Notes under the pieces: model-generated | The model's database searches: none | What the model saw: only the letters and a program-made list of their open reading frames with translations | What the model was told of the DNA's origin: nothing | Program-made: the position numbers and the translations under genes | IMG/VR virus record: IMGVR_UViG_3300031565_000029 | Location: 1-59,187 of that record | Source: a virus | Lineage: Duplodnaviria > Caudoviricetes | Length of the DNA stretch: 59,187 nt | Direction: 5' to 3' (one strand) | Shown here: piece by piece, positions 8,801-16,073 of the stretch | How the letters are laid out: each line of letters opens with the position of its first letter | How positions within the stretch are numbered: the first letter of the stretch is position 1

Positions 8801-8818
8801 CAATAAAGTTATAAGATA
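8801..8818 (+). promoter_or_regulatory. Divergent copy of the same promoter motif
   Basis: Exact inverted copy of 8716-8733, upstream of 8849. Confidence 0.65.
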
Positions 8819-8848
8819 CCTTATATATAATGATTTCGGTGCAACACC

Positions 8849-9373
8849 ATGAGTGAAAAGTATTGTAAACGTTGTGATAGAACACTTCCAATTTGGGACT
8901 TTCATAAAGACAAAAATAGTAAAGATGGGCACGCATTCTATTGTAAGAAATGTACTTATACGCTAGGGAAAAAATATAGGCATACCCCTAGAGGAATTTA
9001 TAAATGTGCTAAAACTCGTCAAACTTATTATAGAAGACACAATGATCCACGAATGAAACCATTTAAAATATCGTTAAATTGGTTTTTAGAATGGTACGCT
9101 TCTCAAGAAAAGAAATGTGTATATTGTAATATCCCTGAAGAACTTTTAAGTGTTGTTGATGACATATATAATAATAAATGCACAAATCTAACTTTGGATT
9201 GTATGGATAATGATAAAGGATACACAGAAAAGAACCTCGTCTTATCTTGTCTTAGATGTAATTATACAAAAAGTAACCTTCTATCTTTTGATGAAATGTA
9301 TGAGATAGGACAGAAATATTTTAAACCAAAATGGCAACAAAACATAAAAATCTCTTTTGATAACAAACTATAA
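8849..9373 (+). CDS. Zn-finger plus HNH/His-Me-like endonuclease domain protein
   Basis: KYCKRC..CKKC; CVYC...LTLDCMDNDKGY..NLVLSCLRCNYTK; AT-rich; only convincing + strand gene in the left arm. Confidence 0.75.
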   Translation: MSEKYCKRCDRTLPIWDFHKDKNSKDGHAFYCKKCTYTLGKKYRHTPRGIYKCAKTRQTYYRRHNDPRMKPFKISLNWFLEWYASQEKKCVYCNIPEELLSVVDDIYNNKCTNLTLDCMDNDKGYTEKNLVLSCLRCNYTKSNLLSFDEMYEIGQKYFKPKWQQNIKISFDNKL

Positions 9374-9380
9374 GAAAAAT

Positions 9381-9614
9381 TCATTTCTTTTTTATCGTCT
9401 CCGTGATAGGTATGCGTGAGGATTGAGGCTGTAGTTGTGCCCTCATCCTATCTATTTCGGCTTGTAATCTCGCGTTTTGGGCTTTTATTCGTCGTGATTG
9501 TAGTTTTGCTAGTTCGATCTGTAATTCCGCTTTTTGTAGTTCCCTTTTTGTGATCTCGCTTTGTAGGTTTGCGATTTCGAGTTCTAGTTTTATTTCTTCA
9601 ATTTTAACTTCCAT
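9381..9614 (-). CDS. Coiled-coil protein
   Basis: Heptad repeats; GGGGTGA RBS. Confidence 0.7.
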   Translation of the reverse strand: MEVKIEEIKLELEIANLQSEITKRELQKAELQIELAKLQSRRIKAQNARLQAEIDRMRAQLQPQSSRIPITETIKKK

Positions 9615-9631
9615 TTCATCACCCCCTTAAC

Positions 9632-9976
9632 TTATGAAACTAAATCCTCATACTCCGATTCCGAAAGTTGAATCCCGTTCCCTTCTAGTGGTCTTAGTTT
9701 TTCCAAAAGAGTTTCAACTTTTCCTATGTATTCTCTTCTCGGACCGTCTCTCACTTTGTTATCTATCACGTATTCCAACATTTCGAGCTGGTAATCAAAG
9801 GGAAACGTCCACACGATGCCAGTAAGATATCGCTTATCTTTTTTTGCTATGTCTGGGGGATAGTTTCTGTCACTTGGTGCTTCAACGATTAAACATAAAC
9901 AGTTTTTATGTAATTTATAACCACCAACGACTTTAAGATCATCTAGTTCTTTTTCTGTAAGTTCAGGAAAACCCAT
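9632..9976 (-). CDS. Hypothetical protein
   Basis: Start re-called at MGFPEL (TAATG overlap with the MTase stop). Confidence 0.65.
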   Translation of the reverse strand: MGFPELTEKELDDLKVVGGYKLHKNCLCLIVEAPSDRNYPPDIAKKDKRYLTGIVWTFPFDYQLEMLEYVIDNKVRDGPRREYIGKVETLLEKLRPLEGNGIQLSESEYEDLVS

Positions 9977-11103
9977 TATTTTTCCTGCTCCATCGTTCCA
10001 AACGTTTCCCACCCTTCTCTGTCTTTTCTCGCAAAGTAATCCAGTTTTCTTCCCTCAACGTATCCGTCCACAAAGTCATAGAACTCAGGTGGTTTTATGC
10101 TATGTCCTAGGTTCTTAGCGTGAAGTGCCGTGGTTTGATTGGTTAATTTAAATTTTGGTTTGCCTTTTACCGCTAAGATTACGTGTTCGGTGATTCCCCT
10201 CAACCAGTACCCAATCCCCATTCTATCTTTTATCCACGTAAGGATCGTCTTTGACTCAAACCCCCATTTCTCTATGATGTGGTAAGCGTCGTGCATGAAG
10301 GCGTTGGTTGTCCACATGAATAACATACAGGATTCCTCGTTTGCTGGAATCTCCATATTCATAATTTCTTCTATGGACATCTCTGGATAAGGTGACGCCA
10401 CGCGTCTAGTATCGGGGTCATACTCTGTTCCATAGTTCCACGGGGGGTCGATCACGATTACCTCAAATTTTCCATTCGGGAGTGCGAGTTGTTTTACTTC
10501 CTCTTTTAGTTCTTCGTTTGCTTGTTTTCTTTCTATTTTCTTTATTTCTTTGTATGCTCTGGATACGCTTGTTTCTCCGCTGAGGACTTGTTTTTTAAGT
10601 TCTTCTGGTGCTTTCTCTATTACTGTTTTGGCTCGGTGGTATGTTGTTGGGCTGAGTCCTACGGTTTTAGCCGCCTGATCACGGGACTTAATGTGGTGTT
10701 CATTTGAACCTAACACTGGCTGAAAACCTTTTTCGCCTTCAAGGGGTATCGTTGCTTCTTGTCTTTGTTTGGCTTTCTCAGCGTATAACGGCTCAAGGTT
10801 TATTGCAAGTTGGGCTTTCTGAATGGAGGAAAGGTGTCTACGAAGAATATTGGATTCGATAACAAATATTTTCTCATCAAGTTCAGAATCAAACTCTCTA
10901 ATATCTGTTCGATAGAAACACCCATGTTTAATACATATCTCATACCGAGTATGTCCATCAAGAATCATGTCGTTTTGATTAATTATGATGGGTTCGGTGG
11001 CTTCTTTTTTTTCGACGATATTAGCTTCGAGTGATGCGTATTCTTCCTTCGTTGGGCGTGGGACCAAAGCCATATAATTAGGATTAACGATAAGCGGCTT
11101 CAT
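9976..11103 (-). CDS. ParB-like/HTH domain fused to MT-A70-family adenine methyltransferase
   Basis: PIII..ILDGHTR...NILRRHL ParB core; HTH; IVIDPPW, LFMWTT, GIGYWLRG.TE, HS.KP, FAR..R.GW MT-A70 motifs. Confidence 0.88.
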   Translation of the reverse strand: MKPLIVNPNYMALVPRPTKEEYASLEANIVEKKEATEPIIINQNDMILDGHTRYEICIKHGCFYRTDIREFDSELDEKIFVIESNILRRHLSSIQKAQLAINLEPLYAEKAKQRQEATIPLEGEKGFQPVLGSNEHHIKSRDQAAKTVGLSPTTYHRAKTVIEKAPEELKKQVLSGETSVSRAYKEIKKIERKQANEELKEEVKQLALPNGKFEVIVIDPPWNYGTEYDPDTRRVASPYPEMSIEEIMNMEIPANEESCMLFMWTTNAFMHDAYHIIEKWGFESKTILTWIKDRMGIGYWLRGITEHVILAVKGKPKFKLTNQTTALHAKNLGHSIKPPEFYDFVDGYVEGRKLDYFARKDREGWETFGTMEQEK

Positions 11104-11195
11104 ACTAACTAAAAAAGGTTAAACACGCTTATAACTTTTTCTATTCCCAAAAACAACGTTTATGATACTTCAAGTACAAGTAAGATAAAGGAGAG

Positions 11196-11354
11196 CTACG
11201 TCCTAACGCTGTGTTTGAAAATGGAAACTTGAATGAATTTCTCAGGGGTTTGGATCCTTCTCTCTTGTTGAATGAACTCTAATTCTTCCAGTTTGGAATC
11301 ACTGGGGTTGTTCATATATTCCTCTCTTTTTTTAATAAAGTAAGACTCTGTCAT
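11196..11354 (-). CDS. Small hypothetical protein
   Basis: Start re-called at MTESYF (ATGA overlap). Confidence 0.5.
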   Translation of the reverse strand: MTESYFIKKREEYMNNPSDSKLEELEFIQQERRIQTPEKFIQVSIFKHSVRT

Positions 11355-11710
11355 AGTATTTTCCTCGGCAACAGCCAAAAGTCGGCACATTTTTTATAGT
11401 CCTCTTGATAATCAGACTTACACATTGTTTGACAATGGGATTCAGGATTTATTGACCACTCGCACTTTGATTTATCTATCCTCTTAATATCTGAGGCTAT
11501 GGACGCAAGGTATTCTCTTGCTTCCTTCAAGCATTTAGAGTGAACCATAATCTTGTTTTCTTCATCCCATTCATAAGGTTCATCATCAAGCGATTTACCA
11601 CAAAGAGGGCATCCATTTTCAATCTCTGGGTCTTCTCCCCTATATCGTAGTTCTTCGTCTGTTGGGAAGCCTGTTGATTCTGCTAAATCCCAAGGATCGG
11701 GTGATTCCAT
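11351..11710 (-). CDS. Cys-rich hypothetical protein
   Basis: CPLC..HSKC, further Cys cluster; AAGGAG RBS. Confidence 0.7.
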   Translation of the reverse strand: MESPDPWDLAESTGFPTDEELRYRGEDPEIENGCPLCGKSLDDEPYEWDEENKIMVHSKCLKEAREYLASIASDIKRIDKSKCEWSINPESHCQTMCKSDYQEDYKKCADFWLLPRKIL

Positions 11711-11779
11711 TATGTCCGTTCTCCTTTAGATTAAATGGGGGTTATCCACTATTTAACCTTTATGACTGTTCTAACACAA

Positions 11780-12256
11780 CTAAGATTTTACGAAAGTAAC
11801 CCACCACGTAGTTCCCCGAATATAACCCGATCCTTTTGTTCTATAACTAACTCTATGAATTTCTCTCCAAAACCCCTTAAAAACTGAGTATAATTGCCAT
11901 AAAGTAGGTACATCGCGGTTTTCATTCCATTTAAAACAAAGGATGCCCCCAACGCGAGCAAACTCTTTGATTGCTTTAAATAATGTTGGGGCTATCTCTT
12001 TTTTTCTTGTCCAACACCCATAATTTTTAATTATACTCATTTTGTTTGTGTATCCCGTGCTTCTCACTAAATGAGGAGGATCGAATATTATCGATTTAAA
12101 GGCTCCATCTCTAAAAGGTAGATATTCCCACATGGCGATGATGTCTGGTTTAATAGTTAAATCTTCAGTCCGTTTGTCCATAAAAACAACAAAAGGCATA
12201 TCCTTTACCGGCCACATCATTCTGTTTCCCGCCGTCGCGTCAAGTATTGGTTTCAT
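11780..12256 (-). CDS. Small DNA methyltransferase (DPPH type)
   Basis: ILDATAGNRMMW, IFDPPH, FKWNE; bounded by sites 11763 and 12261. Confidence 0.85.
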   Translation of the reverse strand: MKPILDATAGNRMMWPVKDMPFVVFMDKRTEDLTIKPDIIAMWEYLPFRDGAFKSIIFDPPHLVRSTGYTNKMSIIKNYGCWTRKKEIAPTLFKAIKEFARVGGILCFKWNENRDVPTLWQLYSVFKGFWREIHRVSYRTKGSGYIRGTTWWVTFVKS

Positions 12257-12280
12257 TTTGTGACACTTTAAATAGAACTA

Positions 12281-12841
12281 TCATAAAGTTCCCTGTCTTG
12301 GGGCTGTGTGTTGTTTCATCAACATAATCCAATAACTAGGCGTGGCGTTTTCACTAAGGGTCTTTATAGGAATTCTCATCATTTCTGTCCATCCGACAAA
12401 CACACCCAATATTTCATTTAGCTTTATTCTATTCTCACTCCACTTTAACCAAAGTTGGCCATCATCTGACAAAATCCTATTGAACTCTTGTTGGGATTGA
12501 AATATAAACTCCATTAAATCGCTTCTTGTCTTATATTTATCTGCACCATAATAACAATGAACAGTTCTTTTTATATTAGGCCATTTTTCAGTTAACTTGG
12601 ATGTGTTTGGTGTGGTATAAACCGAAGTGTTTTTTGTTCTTCCAAATTCATGTGGTGGATCAAAATATATTGTATGGAACACACCCTCATCAAAACCTGT
12701 ATTTCTACAATCCATTATCTTATCCGGTTTTATAGTCAAATCATCCTCTATGTCTATCCAAAAAATATGGGGAGACTCTTTTGTTTTCCAGATAGTTCTG
12801 TTAGCGGCCGTGGCATCTAATATTCTAGCATTTTTCTTCAT
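12281..12841 (-). CDS. Small DNA methyltransferase (DPPH type), paralog
   Basis: ILDATAANR, YFDPPH, LKWSE; bounded by sites 12261 and 12846. Confidence 0.8.
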   Translation of the reverse strand: MKKNARILDATAANRTIWKTKESPHIFWIDIEDDLTIKPDKIMDCRNTGFDEGVFHTIYFDPPHEFGRTKNTSVYTTPNTSKLTEKWPNIKRTVHCYYGADKYKTRSDLMEFIFQSQQEFNRILSDDGQLWLKWSENRIKLNEILGVFVGWTEMMRIPIKTLSENATPSYWIMLMKQHTAPRQGTL

Positions 12842-12858
12842 TCTATCACTGTTTAGTA

Positions 12859-13431
12859 TCAACTATCATACTCTGGATCATAATAGTCGTCCTCATCATA
12901 TTTTTCCTTGTATGTTCTTTTTCTGCCCGTCGGTTCTCTAGGCCGGTCTTCTTCTGTATACCGTATTTCTGAACCCATAAAGTAAACACCATCGATATGT
13001 GGTTTAGCTTGTATTTCCATAAGAACCACCGTTCCTGTTTGGCGGTCCTTTTTGATGAAAATATAGGGTATTGTTTTTTGTATGATGTCCTTCTCAGCCA
13101 AGTTCGTTGTTTTTAATGTAACTGTATATAGTTCAGAAATGCCATCATCATAATTAATTATTGGTATTCCTAATTCGTTAAAATAACCCAAATAGGATTC
13201 TTGATTATAATACCTATATTTAATTATCCACTCAACGTCCACACATTCTTCCTCAAGACTCAACCAATAAAGACTTAACTTTGGTTCTACTACGAGAAAG
13301 GAGGTGGGAACCATCCACGTAAGATACATCTTTTCTTTGGTGGACTGAACGGGTAGACCACATACACTTCCTGATGCCGGAAGTGCTTTGTCTGGGTTAG
13401 TAGATGCCATATATAAAGAAGATTCTATCAC
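12859..13431 (-). CDS. Hypothetical protein
   Basis: 190-aa ORF bounded by sites 12846 and 13428. Confidence 0.6.
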   Translation of the reverse strand: MIESSLYMASTNPDKALPASGSVCGLPVQSTKEKMYLTWMVPTSFLVVEPKLSLYWLSLEEECVDVEWIIKYRYYNQESYLGYFNELGIPIINYDDGISELYTVTLKTTNLAEKDIIQKTIPYIFIKKDRQTGTVVLMEIQAKPHIDGVYFMGSEIRYTEEDRPREPTGRKRTYKEKYDEDDYYDPEYDS

Positions 13432-13655
13432 TGTTCTGCACCAACTAATATTTCTGGGTGTCTAACCTGATAGCATTCTTTACATAGTCCTCCGTAGAAT
13501 GAGAACTCTGGTGGAGCTATCTTCTTAAGACAGTCGTAGCAATCCATAGTTATTGGTTCTAGTGTTTTACTTCTATCTTGTAATGTGGATAACCAGAGAC
13601 AGAAAACATACCCTGTTATGAATCCGAACACTAGTAAAATAATTTCTATTCCCAT
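13428..13655 (-). CDS. Membrane-anchored zinc-finger protein
   Basis: N-terminal TM helix, CYDC...CKEC. Confidence 0.7.
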   Translation of the reverse strand: MGIEIILLVFGFITGYVFCLWLSTLQDRSKTLEPITMDCYDCLKKIAPPEFSFYGGLCKECYQVRHPEILVGAEQ

Positions 13656-13667
13656 CTTTGTTTAACC

Positions 13668-13835
13668 TCAAGTATCATAATCGTACATTAACTCGAATTG
13701 GGGGCAATGTCCATAAACGAAATCATATATGGCTTCAAACGGAGGTTCCCACCAAGGATAAGTCTTTTTCACCGTACTCTCAAACTCTCGTATTATGAAG
13801 CACACATGTCGTTTTTTACATTTAAAACAAGTCAT
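13668..13835 (-). CDS. Small Cys-containing protein
   Basis: Start re-called at MTCFKCKKRHVC. Confidence 0.65.
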   Translation of the reverse strand: MTCFKCKKRHVCFIIREFESTVKKTYPWWEPPFEAIYDFVYGHCPQFELMYDYDT

Positions 13836-13839
13836 TTTT

Positions 13840-13995
13840 TCATCTCTCCTTATGATCGAATAAGGGGTATTGCCAGAACCCGTTATCGTCAAGCTCCCCG
13901 TACCCACAGGTTAGGCCGCCGCCTATGTTATGTGAATAACAGGGTTTGAAGCCAAGCCGTTTAAGGATTCTCGCTACCCAGTTTCTCCAAGTCAT
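13840..13995 (-). CDS. Small hypothetical protein (51 aa)
   Basis: Manually translated MTWRNWVARILKRLG...CGYGELDDNGFWQYPLF; ATGA overlap. Confidence 0.65.
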   Translation of the reverse strand: MTWRNWVARILKRLGFKPCYSHNIGGGLTCGYGELDDNGFWQYPLFDHKER

Positions 13996-14162
13996 TTTTC
14001 AAGCGTCTCCAATATATCATCTATCAAGTTATTCCAGTCCCAATGATCACACTCGTTCTGGTAATATTCAAGGGTTTTTCTAATCTCGTCAAGCTGGTTC
14101 TGGGCGAAGTCAAGTTCTCGTGCCTTATCTTCACAGGCCGTGCAGTTATCCATGTAACTCAT
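13992..14162 (-). CDS. Small hypothetical protein (56 aa)
   Basis: Manually translated MSYMDNCTACEDKARELD...; AGGTGA RBS within site 14168. Confidence 0.65.
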   Translation of the reverse strand: MSYMDNCTACEDKARELDFAQNQLDEIRKTLEYYQNECDHWDWNNLIDDILETLEK

Positions 14163-14167
14163 TTTTA

Positions 14168-14422
14168 TCACCTTTCAATGTCAACTATCATAGAATCTAA
14201 ATATAGTTTCATATCATCTACGAGATACTGGTTTCTGTATTCTGGGTTGTCTTCCATAAACCTGAGAAGCACATTCATGACGTGCAATTGGTTCATGCGT
14301 GTCTCCATTAAGTCCAAGGTTTTAAGCGCACTTCTCCCACCCATGGCCGTTCCTACCTTCTTTGCCGCTTTTCTAAGTTCCTTTAACTCATCTTTCGGTA
14401 TACCTAAAGTTGATCTTGTCAT
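14168..14422 (-). CDS. Hypothetical protein
   Basis: Bounded by sites 14168 and 14419. Confidence 0.7.
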   Translation of the reverse strand: MTRSTLGIPKDELKELRKAAKKVGTAMGGRSALKTLDLMETRMNQLHVMNVLLRFMEDNPEYRNQYLVDDMKLYLDSMIVDIER

Positions 14423-14604
14423 TGTTTATCCACAACAAAGATTTTTTTGATTCCGATCTTTGAACCCTTAATTAGGATTCTTTCATAATCGGATTCCCCT
14501 ATCTCTTTAAGATAGGAATCCACCTCCTCGATGGTGCTAAATTCTTCAAGGTGATAGAACCCATCTTCGTTCAAGTCTATTAACATATAATATTTTTCAT
14601 CCAT
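14419..14604 (-). CDS. Small acidic protein, near the start of the left arm
   Basis: TATA-like TTAAATA elements at 14624-14641 upstream. Confidence 0.65.
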   Translation of the reverse strand: MDEKYYMLIDLNEDGFYHLEEFSTIEEVDSYLKEIGESDYERILIKGSKIGIKKIFVVDKQ

Positions 14605-14722
14605 TTTTCTTCACATAACCATATATTTAACAAGTATTTAAGGTTTACGAATCACAGATAATGGGGAAAAGTATGACTAGCCTCAACCCAAGTGACGGCC
14701 AACGTCCCAAAGATGTAGAACA

Positions 14723-14962
14723 CTATGATATCCGTTTCCTACGTCCCCCCCTAGCCTCAGCTAAAACCCTAACCCTCATAAACGCCTGGGCAATAGACAC
14801 GGTCCCCCCCAAGAAAAGCCCCACGATGTCACCCCAATAATAATAGGTATCCGGCCACCTAAGCAGGTATCCACAATACTCCATGCCAAGCGAAACCTGT
14901 ATTGCCCCAACCACAACCAGCAACCCCGTCAACATCATTTCAACCAAACAAACCATACGCAA
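14723..14962 (-). CDS. Possible two-TM membrane protein
   Basis: Two hydrophobic segments and a basic tail, but lies in a strongly C/A-biased tract. Confidence 0.35.
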   Translation of the reverse strand: MRMVCLVEMMLTGLLVVVGAIQVSLGMEYCGYLLRWPDTYYYWGDIVGLFLGGTVSIAQAFMRVRVLAEARGGRRKRIS

Positions 14963-15044
14963 ACAAGTATAAAAGACTTATGGAACCAACCAAATACCCA
15001 CCCAACACTACCAATATACTCATAACATACCACCAATACACAAC

Positions 15045-15062
15045 CAATAAAGTTATAAGATA
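15045..15062 (+). promoter_or_regulatory. Promoter at the start of the late arm
   Basis: Third copy of CAATAAAGTTATAAGATA at the strand switch. Confidence 0.6.
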
Positions 15063-15141
15063 GTATCCCAACCCTATGTACAGGGAATATACACTCCCGC
15101 CTCCCTTAGACATATCTATTAAGCGCGGGATAGGTGATAAC

Positions 15142-15441
15142 ATGGACTTAACATGGGTAATTATAAAGACACTCTTCTACGCTTTCCTCTGGGCCGTCTT
15201 TGGGTATCTCTCAAGACAAACAGATGAAGGATTCCAACCAGAAAAACTATTATCTACACTACTCGCGGCCACCATCGTGGCCCTCCTCAACGTATTCTGG
15301 GGAATAGACCCAGAAATAGGAGAAAACGCATATCTGGTTTTCATCGTGAAACCGGGATTAATCGGGGTAATAGATAAACTGATAAAAGTTATCTGGAGAA
15401 GAACTGGTCTAAAGACGTGGTGGGAAAACCTAGATCGGTGA
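15142..15441 (+). CDS. Membrane protein, holin-like candidate
   Basis: AGGTGA RBS; 2-3 TM helices; basic C-terminus. Confidence 0.55.
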   Translation: MDLTWVIIKTLFYAFLWAVFGYLSRQTDEGFQPEKLLSTLLAATIVALLNVFWGIDPEIGENAYLVFIVKPGLIGVIDKLIKVIWRRTGLKTWWENLDR

Positions 15442-15707
15442 AGCATCTGACGCGTAAAACCCGCAGAGGACATCGCAGCGGAGAAGCAGAGCAACGCCGA
15501 TACGTCAACAGACTCATCAGCAAAGCCGCTTACCGAGACCTCAAAAAAGCGGAGAGCATCAACGTCCTCACGCCAGACCAGATAAACCAGCAACTGCACG
15601 AACAATACGAGAACGTAATCATATATGAGCACCTTCAACTAGAACGCGGACTTGTCCTCAGTGATCCTCGTGGCGAGGGAGAGCTTCAACGCCACATAGA
15701 AGAATAA
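15438..15707 (+). CDS. Hypothetical basic protein
   Basis: GTGA overlap with upstream stop; abuts terminase small subunit. Confidence 0.55.
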   Translation: MKHLTRKTRRGHRSGEAEQRRYVNRLISKAAYRDLKKAESINVLTPDQINQQLHEQYENVIIYEHLQLERGLVLSDPRGEGELQRHIEE

Positions 15708-16073
15708 GTGACACAAATGTCACAAAGTAAAACCATTCGACTCACCAAAGAGAAGAGAAAACAATACATCAAAGACAACATTGCACAGTACACTCAGGAC
15801 GAGATAGCGGAGGCGTGTGGTGTTATTCGTGAAACCATTAGCCGCGACATTCGGGAGATGCGGGAGTCTGGTGACTGGTTTGAATGGATCGAGACTGAGC
15901 TACTTCGGTTACATAAGTCTCATGACATTGATGATAACACCAAGTATAAAGAGATGAGCAAACTCTACGCGAAGGGTATAACCACTAAAGCCGAGGTATA
16001 TACTGAGGGAACTCAGACAATAAAAGTAGTGTTCGACAGAGACATGAAGGATGAGTCTCAAGATAGCGTATAG
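15708..16073 (+). CDS. terS: Terminase small subunit (HTH)
   Basis: HTH (TQDEIAEACGVIRETISRD) directly before terL. Confidence 0.7.
   Translation: MTQMSQSKTIRLTKEKRKQYIKDNIAQYTQDEIAEACGVIRETISRDIREMRESGDWFEWIETELLRLHKSHDIDDNTKYKEMSKLYAKGITTKAEVYTEGTQTIKVVFDRDMKDESQDSV

Larger units (their letters stand above)
146..14441. repeat. Dispersed array of 29 copies of a 23-bp dyad site TGATASTT-N7-AASTATCA at gene junctions
   Basis: Starts at 146,356,539,787,958,1317,1538,1781,2044,3264,4151,4677,4848,5635,6109,6346,6546,6799,7042,7181,9351,11163,11763,12261,12846,13428,13655,14168,14419 (each 23 bp; 4677, 6799 and 9351 are degenerate). Example 356-378 TGATAGTT TGCTTTG AACTATCA. Confidence 0.9.

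Noticed and set aside
13900-13990. Possible tRNA or ncRNA in an apparent ORF gap
   Set aside because: Gap is filled by a 51-aa minus-strand gene (13840..13995) below the ORF-track cutoff; no cloverleaf
146-14441. Classical integron attC sites
   Set aside because: Sites are only 23 bp and lack the RYYYAAC...GTTRRRY boxes and long hairpin of attC
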